Of a stretch of DNA of 64,000 bases, positions 1 to 9,026 are shown one piece after another. The stretch's first letter is position 1. Every line of letters begins with the position of its first letter. The position numbers and the translations under genes are program-made. The notes under the pieces are model-generated. The model did not search any database, had not been told where the DNA came from, and saw only the letters and a program-made list of their open reading frames with translations. The DNA is from Candidatus Eiseniibacteriota bacterium (GTDB lineage: Bacteria > Eisenbacteria > RBG-16-71-46): contig OY970178.1 in NCBI GenBank assembly GCA_963707915.1, forward strand, positions 192,001-256,000, given 5' to 3'.

Positions 1-82
1 GCAGGCCCAGCGCGATGTTCTCGAAGTCGATGAACACGGCGATCTGCAACTGGGGTCCGCCGGTCGTGGGCGACGCGGGCAT
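1..82 (-). CDS. NYN/LabA-DUF88 domain protein, N-terminus only (runs off window)
   Basis: Manual translation MPASPTTGGPQLQIAVFIDFENIALGL; the AVFIDFEN motif is typical of NYN domains. Confidence 0.7.
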   Translation of the reverse strand, partial: MPASPTTGGPQLQIAVFIDFENIALGL

Positions 83-273
83 CGGGCACCTCCGGGGCTG
101 GGTGGATGGGGGGAACGGAGGCATCATGGAACCGCGCGGCCGGCGGCACAAGCCGGGCGGAGCGCCGCCGCGGCGGGGTCCGCGGCCGGGCGCACTTGAA
201 ACGGCGGACGGCCGGAGCGTAGGGTCGCCGTGACCGTCGCTGGCGAAGGCACACCTGGACCCGAGGAGAGACC

Positions 274-780
274 GTGGCGAGCACCAGTTCGTTCGATGTC
301 ACCACCGGCGTGGACATGATGGAGGTCACCAACGCCGTGGACCAGGCCACCAAGGAGATCACCCAGCGCTACGACTTCAAGGGGCTGAAGGCGAGCTTCG
401 AGCTGCAGCCCAAGGAGAAGCGCATCGTCCTGGCGGCACCCGACGAGTTCAAGCTGGACGCCATGTGGGAGTCGCTGCAGGGCAAGATGGTCAAGCGCGG
501 CGTGCCGCTCAAGAACCTGACGCGCGAGGCCCTCGAGACCGCGGCCGGAGCCAGCGTGCGCCAGCACGTCACCATCGCCGACGGGCTCACCACCGAGCAG
601 GCGCGCGAGATCGTGAAGGTGCTCAAGGAGGCCAAGCTCAAGCGCGTGCAGTGCTCCATCCAGGGCGACACCGTTCGCGTCCAGAGCCCGAGCAAGGACG
701 ACCTCCAGGGCGTGATCGCCCTGCTCAAGCAGCAGGACTTCGGCGTCGAGTTGAAGTTCGGCAACTTCCGCTCGAACTGA
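274..780 (+). CDS. yajQ: YajQ family nucleotide/c-di-GMP-binding protein
   Basis: SFDV...NAVDQA.KEI..RYDFKG and VQ.SIQGD.VRV...KDDLQ motifs; GAGGAG RBS. Confidence 0.93.
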   Translation: MASTSSFDVTTGVDMMEVTNAVDQATKEITQRYDFKGLKASFELQPKEKRIVLAAPDEFKLDAMWESLQGKMVKRGVPLKNLTREALETAAGASVRQHVTIADGLTTEQAREIVKVLKEAKLKRVQCSIQGDTVRVQSPSKDDLQGVIALLKQQDFGVELKFGNFRSN

Positions 781-1922
781 TGCGGCGCGGGTCGAGGCTC
801 GCGCTGGCGGCGATGGCCGTCGTGCTGGCCGTGTTCCTGGTCCAGGCGCTGCACCGCGCGGCGCGCCCCGGCGGTTACGACCTCACCGGCTACGTCGGCG
901 CCACGCGCGCCATGCTCGCCGGGCAGGACCCGTATGCCGCGCCCACGCCCTTCCCGTTCATCTACCCGCTGTTCCTGTGCGTGCTGCTGGCGCCGTTCAC
1001 GGCGCTGCCGGCGGCGGCCCTCGACGTGGCGTGGTTCGCGCTCGGCGTGGCCGCGCTGGGCGCCAGCGCGTGGATGGTGCTGCGCCGCGCCGCGCCGCCG
1101 TCGGCGGGCGCCCGCCCGGTGGTGCCGCTGGCGGCGACCTTCGCGGTGCTGGCGGGCGTCGTGCAGAACAACCTGCTCAACGGCCAGGTGAACCCGCTCG
1201 TGCTGCTGGCCTGCGTGCTCTTCCTCGCCGCGGTCCTGCGCGGCCGTCGCCTGGTCGCCGCGCTGCTGCTGGGCGCGGCCGTGGCGCTCAAGCTCACGCC
1301 GCTGGTGCTCGTCGTGTACCTGCTGGCGCGCCGCGAATGGCGGGTCGTGGCGCTCGCCGGCGTGGCGGCGCTGCTGTTCGCGGTCGCGCTGCCGTGGATG
1401 GTGGCGGGGCCCGCGGTGGCCGGGTGGTACGCGCGCTACGCCGACGGATTCCTCGGCGCGCAGCTGGCGCCGGCGCACGGTGCGGCGCTCGCGGCGGGGT
1501 TCTCGCTCACCTCGCTGCTCGGTGTGGGGTTGCCGGGGTTGGCGCGGCCGGTGACGATGGCGCTGGCCGCGATCCTGGCGCTGGCGGCGCCGGTCGCACT
1601 GCAGGTGACGTCGCCGCGCTCGCCAGGCGAGCGGCGGGAGGTGGCGGTGTTCGCGCTCTTCCTGCTGGCGATGCCGCTGGTGAGCCCGATGAGCGAGCCG
1701 CACCACCTGGTGATGCTGCTGCCCGCGGTCGCCGTGCTGGTCGCGGTCCTGGCCGGCCCCGGGGCCCGTCACGCCCGCACCTGCGGCGGCGCGCTGCTGG
1801 TCGCGGCCCTCGGCCTCGCGACGGGGCGGGCGTGGCCCCCGTCGGGGTTCGTGGCCATGCTCGCGCTGGGCGTGGCGCTGGTGCGGGTGGCGCGCACCGG
1901 CCCGGAGGCGCGCGCGGCCTGA
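780..1922 (+). CDS. GT87/DUF2029 family membrane glycosyltransferase
   Basis: Multi-TM protein with PFIYP, GQVN, AVALKLTP and HH motifs; ATG overlaps the yajQ stop (TGATG). Confidence 0.75.
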   Translation: MRRGSRLALAAMAVVLAVFLVQALHRAARPGGYDLTGYVGATRAMLAGQDPYAAPTPFPFIYPLFLCVLLAPFTALPAAALDVAWFALGVAALGASAWMVLRRAAPPSAGARPVVPLAATFAVLAGVVQNNLLNGQVNPLVLLACVLFLAAVLRGRRLVAALLLGAAVALKLTPLVLVVYLLARREWRVVALAGVAALLFAVALPWMVAGPAVAGWYARYADGFLGAQLAPAHGAALAAGFSLTSLLGVGLPGLARPVTMALAAILALAAPVALQVTSPRSPGERREVAVFALFLLAMPLVSPMSEPHHLVMLLPAVAVLVAVLAGPGARHARTCGGALLVAALGLATGRAWPPSGFVAMLALGVALVRVARTGPEARAA

Positions 1923-2036
1923 CGGCGCGCGGCGCCCGGCCGGGCCCGCGCGCCCCGGGGGCCCGGCGCCGGAGCGGGGCGGTGGCCGGTCCCGAGGCTG
2001 TACGTCCGCACCGGGAGTCGGCTATCGTCGCGCCCC

Positions 2037-3308
2037 ATGGCCCGCGTGGTGCTCACCACCTTCGGTTCGCTCGGCGACCTGCATCCCTTCCTGGCGCTGG
2101 CGTGCGAGCTCGCGGCCCGCGGCCACCGTCCGTTGCTCGCCACGCACGGCTCGTACCGGGAGCGCGTGGAGGCGGCCGGGATCGAGCACCACCCGGTGCG
2201 ACCGGACCTCGCGGACCTCGGCGACCCGGCCGTCACCATGCGCCGGGCGATCGACTCGCCGCGGGCCACCGAGTACGTCGTCCGTCGGCTGGTCATGCCC
2301 CACCTGCGCGCGAGTCACGAGGACCTGCTCGCGGCCTGCGCCGGGGCGGACGCGTTGATCGGGCACGTCCTGGCCCTGGCCGCCCCGCTGGTGGCCGAGC
2401 GGCGCGGTGTGCGGCGCTTCCACGTGGCCCTGCAGCCGCTGACGCTCGGCTCGGCCCACGACCCGCCCGTGCTCTCGACCGCCGCCGCGTCGCGCTGGGC
2501 GCGGCGGCTGGGCCCGGCCGCGTGGCGGGCCCTGTGGGGGTACTCCCGGGCGGTCAGCCGGCCGTGGATGCGCGGGCTGGACACGCTGCGGGCCGAGGCC
2601 GGGTTGCCGCCCGCGCCCGGGAACCCGCTGCTCGACAGCTTCTCCACGGAGCTCAACCTCGCGCTGTTCTCGCCGGTGTTCGCCGCGCCGCAGCCCGACT
2701 GGCCGCCGCGGACCGTCGCGACCGGGTTCCCGTTCTGGGACCGCGACGAGGCCGGCGACGGCGCGCTCGATGCGGTCCGCGCGTTCCTGGCCGCCGGGCC
2801 GCCGCCGATCGTCTTCACGCTCGGTTCCTCGGCGGTCTGGGCCGCGGGGGCGTTCTACCGCGAGGCCGCGCAGGCCGCGGAGCGGCTCGGGCGGCGCGCG
2901 GTGCTGCTCACCGGGCAGCTGCCGGCGGCCCCGCCCGTGCCGGAGCGGCGCGACGTCCTGGCGGTGCCCTACGCGCCCCACGCGGAGCTCTTCGCCCGCG
3001 CGGCGGCGATCGTCCACCAGGGCGGCATCGGCACCACGGGTCAGGCCCTGCGCGCCGGCCGGCCGATGCTGATCGTGCCGTTCAGCCACGACCAGCCCGA
3101 CAACGCCGCGCGCTGCGCGCGGCTCGGGGTCGCGCGCGTGGTGCCGCGTCACGCGTTGCGGACCCGGCGCCTCGCCCTGGAGCTCGCCGCGTTGCTCGGG
3201 GACCCGGGGGTGGGCGCGCGCGCAGAGCAGGTCGGGGCCCGGGTGCGCGGCGAGCATGGTGCGGCGACGGCGGTGGACGCCATCGAGGCGGCCCTGGCGC
3301 GGGGTTGA
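2037..3308 (+). CDS. GT1 family NDP-sugar glycosyltransferase (RhlB/MGT-like)
   Basis: GSLGDLHP, HQGGIGTT and PFSHDQPDNA motifs. Confidence 0.88.
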   Translation: MARVVLTTFGSLGDLHPFLALACELAARGHRPLLATHGSYRERVEAAGIEHHPVRPDLADLGDPAVTMRRAIDSPRATEYVVRRLVMPHLRASHEDLLAACAGADALIGHVLALAAPLVAERRGVRRFHVALQPLTLGSAHDPPVLSTAAASRWARRLGPAAWRALWGYSRAVSRPWMRGLDTLRAEAGLPPAPGNPLLDSFSTELNLALFSPVFAAPQPDWPPRTVATGFPFWDRDEAGDGALDAVRAFLAAGPPPIVFTLGSSAVWAAGAFYREAAQAAERLGRRAVLLTGQLPAAPPVPERRDVLAVPYAPHAELFARAAAIVHQGGIGTTGQALRAGRPMLIVPFSHDQPDNAARCARLGVARVVPRHALRTRRLALELAALLGDPGVGARAEQVGARVRGEHGAATAVDAIEAALARG

Positions 3309-3359
3309 CGGGCGTCCGGGACCGCCGGGGGGCGGGGGCCGGCGTCGGCGCTTTTCGGG

Positions 3360-3387
3360 TGAATTCGGCCCGGAAGCCTGCCGATAT
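3360..3387 (+). promoter_or_regulatory. Possible sigma28-type promoter
   Basis: TGAA-N16-GCCGATAT upstream of the hybrid kinase. Confidence 0.35.
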
Positions 3388-3565
3388 CCCCCTCGAACAG
3401 CCCCCGGCGCCGTGGCGGGCGCGCGCACAAGGCGCGGATCCGTCGCGGGGTGGGGGCCCGATCCCGCCGCACGGTGCAGGCCCGGCGGGAGGATCGGGCG
3501 TTCGTTCGAGTTCGGTGGGAGGGCGCGACTCCCGCCGGCACCACCTCGCACCCCTCCGAGGCGTC

Positions 3566-6433
3566 ATGAGTGAGCGAAGCGCGGGCATGCACAGGGAATT
3601 CAAGGGCGCGAACCTCGTCGTGCCCGGGTTGCGCGAGTTGCTCGACGCCAGCCCGGACCTGCTCTTCGCCTGCGATGCCGACGGTGAACTGCTCTGGTTG
3701 AGCCGGGCCTTCGAGACGCTCACCGGGCGGGCGGCCGCCGACCACATCGGCCGGCACTGGTCCACGCTGGTCCCGCCGGAGCAGGCCCGCCGCGCCACGC
3801 GCATGGTCCTGCGCCAGCGTCGCCGGCGCACCGCGGTGATCGAGACCGCGCTGGCGCTGCTCGCGAGTGATGAACGCGAGGTCCGGGTCGCGGTGCGCGT
3901 GAGCCTGCTCGAGCGCGCGGATGGCGGCCTGATCTTCGTGGGCACGGCGCGCGGGCTCGAGGCCGGCGCGGACGCCGGGGTGACCACGCCGGCGGTCGCG
4001 GCCGGCGCGTCGCCCGCCCCATCACCCGCGCCCGCCGACGAGCCGGCGCCGGCGTGCCCCGCGGCGGCCACCGTGGCCGCACCCGACCCGGCGCCGGAGC
4101 CACCGGGCGAGCCGCGGCCGCGTCGCGGCCTCGCGTCCGCGTTCGCGTTCCTCGCGCGGGGCGCCAGGAGCGCGGCGGACGCGGCGCAGTCGCCCGGCGA
4201 CCCGGCCGTGCTCCCGGGCGAGGTCGAACGGTTGAGGGCCGAGTCCGCGGCCGCGCGCGCCGCGGCGCAGTCCAGCGGCGAACTGCTGGCGACCGTGACG
4301 CACGAGTTCCACACGCCCCTGAAGGGCATGATGGGCCTGGCCCAGCTGCTGCTCGAGACCGAGCTGGACCGCGACCAGCGGGGCATGGTCGAGGTGCTGC
4401 TCCACTCGGGCGAGTCGCTCCTCACCCTGGTGAACGACACGCTGGACTTCTCGCGGGCCGAGGCGGGCGAGCTCCGGCTGGAGCGCGTGCCGTTCGACCT
4501 GCGCGCCACGACCAACGAAGCCGGAGCGCTGCTGGCGCCGCTGGCGAACGCGAAACGCCTGCACTTCGAGTGCGCGATGCAGGAGGAGGTGCCGGCGGGG
4601 GTCTGGGGCGATCCCGGCCGACTGCGCCAGGTGCTGCTCAACCTCGGCGGCAACGCCATCCGGTTCACCGAGCGTGGGCGGGTCCGGCTGGCGGTCGAGC
4701 GGGTGCGCGAGGACGAGCGCGAGGTGACGCTGCGGTTCGAGTTCCAGGACACGGGCACCGGCATGACCGAGGAGCAGCGGGACCGCGTGTTCCAGGCCTT
4801 CCAGGCGACCGAAGCCGCGGGGGCCGGACGCCACGGGGGTACCGGCATGGGCCTGGTGGTCTCGAGCCGGCTGGTGTCCCTGATGGGAGGCGCGATCGGG
4901 GTGGAGAGCGCGCCGGGTCGCGGGAGCACGTTCTGGTTCGACATCGCGCTCGAGAAGCAACACGCTGCCGCGCCGGCGCCGAGCGCCGCGGTTTCGCATC
5001 CGAAGCTCGCAGGCGTGAGGGTGATGGTGGTGGATCCGTCGCCGACGATGCGGCGCTCGTACCTGGGCAGGCTCGAGGCCTGGGGATGCCGCGTCGAGCC
5101 GGCCGAGAACGCCGAAGTGGGGCTGGTGATGCTCCAGGAGGCGGCCGAGGCGGGCGATCCGTACCGGCTCGCCCTGATCGAGCGTCAGTTGCCGGGCATG
5201 GACGGAGAGGAGATGGGGACGGCGATCCGGGCCGACGGCGCCTGCGACCGCACGTTGACCGTGCTCATGACCTCGGCGGGCCGCCGCGGTGACGCCGCGC
5301 GGGCCCGGGGACGCGGCTTCGCGGCCTACCTGTCCAAGCCGATCGAGTGGGAGCAGCTGGCGACGGCGATGGCCGAGGTGCTGCGGCGGGCGGAGACCGC
5401 GGCCCCGGGCGCGACGCCCGAACTGGTCACGCTGCACTCGATGGCCGAGACGGAGCGGGGCGGCCTGCGCGTCCTGCTGGTCGAGGACAGCGCGGTGAAC
5501 CAGCTGGTCACGCAGTGGACGCTCAAGCGGCTGGGCTACGGCCTGCAGGTGGTGCCCACGGCGCGCGAGGCGCGCGAGGCCTGGAGGCGGGAGGCGTTCG
5601 ACCTGGTGCTGATGGACATCCGGCTGCCGGACGGCGACGGGTGCGATCTGGCGCGCGAGCTGCGCTCGTCCGAGGCGGCCGGCCGCCGGGTGCCGATCGT
5701 GGCCATGACCGGGAGCACCGGGCCCGGTGACCGCGAGCGGTGCATCGCGGCGGGGATGGACGAGTACCTCCCGAAGCCGCTGGACCTCGGCCTGCTGTGT
5801 CGCGTGGTCCGGAGTCTCACCGGCGGCGGGGTGGAGGCGGGCCGCGACGCGGCCGTCGCAGAGCCCCCGCCGGCCGCCCTCGATCCGGCGACGGCCGTCG
5901 TCGCCCCCGACGACGCGCCGTTCCTGCGCGAGATCGAGGCGGCCGAGGCGGAGTTCCTCGGGATGGACGGAGTGGTCCGGGTCGTGCCTGCCGCCCCGGT
6001 GCGGCCGAGGGTGGTCCCGCTCTCGAGCGCGGACGTCATGCCGCTGACCGAGGAGGCGCTGGAGGACGCGGGCGCGACCGACCTGCCCCGGCCGGCCATC
6101 GACCTGGCCCACCTCCAGCAGGCCAGCATGGGCATCCCGGCCCTGCGCGAGTCGCTGCTGGGAACCTTCCTCAACGACGTACGGCCGCGGCTCGAGCGGC
6201 TGGGGGTGGCGGTGAACGAGCGCGACGCCCAGCGGATCGAGCTCGAGGCGCACGGCCTGAAGGGCATGTGCGCCACCGTCGGCGCGACCGCCTGCGCCGA
6301 GCGGTTCGCGGAGCTCGAGCGCGCGGGGCGCGAGCAGGCCCTGGGCCTGGCGCCGACGCTGCTGAAGCGCGTGCACCTCGAGCTGACGCGCACCGAACGA
6401 TACATCACGACGATGGAGCGCCCGGCGGCCTGA
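3566..6433 (+). CDS. Hybrid sensor histidine kinase (PAS-HisKA-HATPase-REC-REC-Hpt)
   Basis: H-box THEFHTP, N-box LNLGGNAIRF, DTGTG and GTGMGL boxes, two receiver domains, Hpt AHGLKG; start placed at MSERS. Confidence 0.88.
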   Translation: MSERSAGMHREFKGANLVVPGLRELLDASPDLLFACDADGELLWLSRAFETLTGRAAADHIGRHWSTLVPPEQARRATRMVLRQRRRRTAVIETALALLASDEREVRVAVRVSLLERADGGLIFVGTARGLEAGADAGVTTPAVAAGASPAPSPAPADEPAPACPAAATVAAPDPAPEPPGEPRPRRGLASAFAFLARGARSAADAAQSPGDPAVLPGEVERLRAESAAARAAAQSSGELLATVTHEFHTPLKGMMGLAQLLLETELDRDQRGMVEVLLHSGESLLTLVNDTLDFSRAEAGELRLERVPFDLRATTNEAGALLAPLANAKRLHFECAMQEEVPAGVWGDPGRLRQVLLNLGGNAIRFTERGRVRLAVERVREDEREVTLRFEFQDTGTGMTEEQRDRVFQAFQATEAAGAGRHGGTGMGLVVSSRLVSLMGGAIGVESAPGRGSTFWFDIALEKQHAAAPAPSAAVSHPKLAGVRVMVVDPSPTMRRSYLGRLEAWGCRVEPAENAEVGLVMLQEAAEAGDPYRLALIERQLPGMDGEEMGTAIRADGACDRTLTVLMTSAGRRGDAARARGRGFAAYLSKPIEWEQLATAMAEVLRRAETAAPGATPELVTLHSMAETERGGLRVLLVEDSAVNQLVTQWTLKRLGYGLQVVPTAREAREAWRREAFDLVLMDIRLPDGDGCDLARELRSSEAAGRRVPIVAMTGSTGPGDRERCIAAGMDEYLPKPLDLGLLCRVVRSLTGGGVEAGRDAAVAEPPPAALDPATAVVAPDDAPFLREIEAAEAEFLGMDGVVRVVPAAPVRPRVVPLSSADVMPLTEEALEDAGATDLPRPAIDLAHLQQASMGIPALRESLLGTFLNDVRPRLERLGVAVNERDAQRIELEAHGLKGMCATVGATACAERFAELERAGREQALGLAPTLLKRVHLELTRTERYITTMERPAA

Positions 6434-6503
6434 CCGGCTGCTGCGCTCGTCTCGGCGCCCTGCCTGAGTCCCGGCGGGGCGCTGTGCTATCGTCCGTGGT
6501 CCC

Positions 6504-7700
6504 ATGCGCAAAGTGCTCTCGCCGCGCCTCGCGTTGCTCACCACGGCCCACTTCACCGTCGACGCCTACTCGTCGTTCTTCTCGCCGCTGCTGCCGCTGC
6601 TGGCCACCCGCCTCCACCTGAACCTGGCGATGGTGGGCAGCCTGGTGGCCCTGGCCTCGCTGTCGTCCGCGTTCTCGCAGCCGCTCTTCGGGCTGGTGGC
6701 GGACCGCGTGCGGCGGCCGTGGCTGATCGGCTTCGGGCCGCTGGTGGCGGCCGTGTTCATGAGCGCCGTGGGGCTGGCGCCGTCGTACGGGGCGCTGGTG
6801 GGGATCCTGATGGTCGGCGGCCTGGGGATCTCCTGGTTCCACCCGCAGTCGGCGGTGCTGGCCACCCAGGACTCGGCGCGCCGCTCGCTCGCCATGTCGG
6901 TGTTCATCACCGGCGGCACGCTGGGCGGCTCGCTCGGGCCGCTCATCTCGGTGGCGGTGGTGGGCTGGGTCGGGCTCGGGCGCTCGTGGGTGGTGATGTT
7001 CCCGGGGCTGCTGCTCGCGGTCGTGCTGATCGCCGCCCTGGCCCGTCTGCACGGCACCGGGCGCGAGCCGCACGGCGCGGGCGGCGCCAGCGGCGGCGGG
7101 CCACCGCCGCTGCGCGCCCTGAAGCCGGTGCTCCGGCCGCTGGCGCTGCTCTACGTCGCCGTGGTGGCGCGCTCGGCGGTCTCGTACGGGTTCATGACCT
7201 TCCTGCCGATCCACCTGCACCGGCTGGGCCACTCGGTCGCGTTCGGCGGGACCGCGCTCACCGCGTATCTCTCGATGGGGGCGCTGGGCGGGTTCCTGGG
7301 CGGCTGGATGGCGGAGAAGCTCGGCGGCCGGCGCGTGGTCGTGTGGTCCTTCGTCGGCGCGATCCCGTTCTTCCTCGCGTTCCTGGCGCTGCCCACGGTG
7401 CCCGGGCTGATCTGCCTGGTGGCCGGTTCGTTCATCGTGCAGGGCTCGCTGCCGGTGAACATCGTGCTCGGACAGGAGCTGGCGCCGGGGCACTCCTCGA
7501 CCATCTCGAGCCTGCTGATGGGGGCGGCCTGGGGCGTAGGAGCGCTGCTGGTCGCGCCCATCGGGGTGCTGGCCGACGCGTTCGGCATCGCCGCGGCGCT
7601 GGCGGCGCTCACCGGGTTCCTGCTGGTCGGACTGGCCTGCGCGCTGGCGCTGCCGGCGCCGCACGAGCAGGTGCGGCTCGCGGAGACGACGCACGCCTGA
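6504..7700 (+). CDS. MFS transporter (Fsr-like)
   Basis: About 12 TM segments; HF.VD.Y, QPLFG.VADR and FHP motifs. Confidence 0.85.
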   Translation: MRKVLSPRLALLTTAHFTVDAYSSFFSPLLPLLATRLHLNLAMVGSLVALASLSSAFSQPLFGLVADRVRRPWLIGFGPLVAAVFMSAVGLAPSYGALVGILMVGGLGISWFHPQSAVLATQDSARRSLAMSVFITGGTLGGSLGPLISVAVVGWVGLGRSWVVMFPGLLLAVVLIAALARLHGTGREPHGAGGASGGGPPPLRALKPVLRPLALLYVAVVARSAVSYGFMTFLPIHLHRLGHSVAFGGTALTAYLSMGALGGFLGGWMAEKLGGRRVVVWSFVGAIPFFLAFLALPTVPGLICLVAGSFIVQGSLPVNIVLGQELAPGHSSTISSLLMGAAWGVGALLVAPIGVLADAFGIAAALAALTGFLLVGLACALALPAPHEQVRLAETTHA

Positions 7701-7804
7701 AGGGGCCGAAGGCCCCGCCCGGCGGGTTCGAGCGGGTTCGCGCGGGCGACGCCGCGCGGCCCGCCATGACGGCGGGCCGCTGTGGCATCGGAGGGAACCG
7801 GCGG

Positions 7805-8155
7805 CTACTTCTTCCTGCGCCGCCGCGCCGGCTTCACGCCGAAGATCGAGTCGAGGTAGGCGCTCACTTCCGCCCGGACGATGCCGGGGATGATCTGCCG
7901 CATCTTGTTCTGCACCTCGATGCGAACCTGCGTGCTGAGATCGCCCGCGAGCGGACGGGCCGCGGCGGCGCCCGCCGAGGCCCCGCGCCGGCGGGTGACC
8001 CCGGACTTCTTGCGCCACGAGTAGTACGTCACCGGGGTGACGCCGAACTTCTTCTGCACCTGCGCGGCCGTGAGCTTCTCGGCCTTTGCCGCGGCAAGCA
8101 CCTTCTCGCGCTGCTCGGGCGTGTACTCCGTCCGCTTCTTGCGGGTCTTGGCCAT
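7805..8155 (-). CDS. Small basic HTH DNA-binding protein (HTH_Tnp_1-like)
   Basis: YTPEQREKVL...VQKKFGV...TYYSWRKK; K/R-rich termini; GGAGG RBS. Confidence 0.7.
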   Translation of the reverse strand: MAKTRKKRTEYTPEQREKVLAAAKAEKLTAAQVQKKFGVTPVTYYSWRKKSGVTRRRGASAGAAAARPLAGDLSTQVRIEVQNKMRQIIPGIVRAEVSAYLDSIFGVKPARRRRKK

Positions 8156-8502
8156 GCTGCCTCCTGTGCCGAGGGTGGGGATATGCTACTCGGCAAGAAG
8201 AAGCCACAACCGCAATCTGAAGTCAAATAGCAAACCTCGCAGAGTTGACGTTTACGATACAAACGAGCTGCCGGACGCGGCGCCGCGCGCGTCGCCGCCG
8301 CTCCGCCGCGGGCGCGCGGGCGCCGTGGCGCGTCGCGCTGGCCGGGTGCCGTGGACGGCCAGGCGCGGCCGGGGCGGGCCGGTGCGCCCGGACGCTGGCG
8401 CAGGGCCGGCAAAGCCCATAGACTCCGCCCGGACCCCGCTCCACGGAGCGCTGCAGAGTCGGAACACCCGACGAGCCGCCCAAGCGGACTCAGGAGTGCA
8501 TC

Positions 8503-8958
8503 ATGAGCGACGCCACCCAGAAGCAGCCTGCTCACGTCAGCAGCAGCGCGACGCTGCGGCTCGAGACCCTGGAGGGCACGCGCCTGCGCTTCGGCGCGCG
8601 AACCGGCGAACACGTGTTCCGGTTCGACGCCGGGCCGGAGGCCGAGGGCCCCAGCCCGGTGCACGCGGTGCAGGCCGCGCTGGGCGCCTGCACCGCGATG
8701 GACGTCATCAGCATCCTGCGCAAGAAGCGCCAGGCGGTGACGGGGTACGAGGTCGAGGTGCTCGCCGATCGGCGGATGGACGAGCATCCCCGGATCTTCA
8801 CCCGCATGGAGGTCGTCCACCGGGTGCGGGGCCGGGGGATCAACCCCGCCGCGGTGGCGGAGGCCATCGAGTTGAGCGACAAGCGCTACTGCGCGGTACA
8901 CGCGATGCTGGAGCACGCGGTCACCATCAGCAGCCGCTTCGAGATCACCGAGGAGTGA
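8503..8958 (+). CDS. OsmC/YhfA family protein
   Basis: GPSP...LGACTAMDV and RYCAV motifs. Confidence 0.85.
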   Translation: MSDATQKQPAHVSSSATLRLETLEGTRLRFGARTGEHVFRFDAGPEAEGPSPVHAVQAALGACTAMDVISILRKKRQAVTGYEVEVLADRRMDEHPRIFTRMEVVHRVRGRGINPAAVAEAIELSDKRYCAVHAMLEHAVTISSRFEITEE

Positions 8959-9026
8959 GGCGACGGCCCGGCAGGCGCCGGGCGGGCCGCGGGGAGCAGG
9001 CCGGCGACGGTCGCGCGAGGTGCACG

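Noticed and set aside
977..3565. N-terminal extension giving an 1818-aa ORF
   Set aside because: R/G/A-rich shadow frame overlapping two real glycosyltransferase genes; kinase-like sequence starts at 3566.
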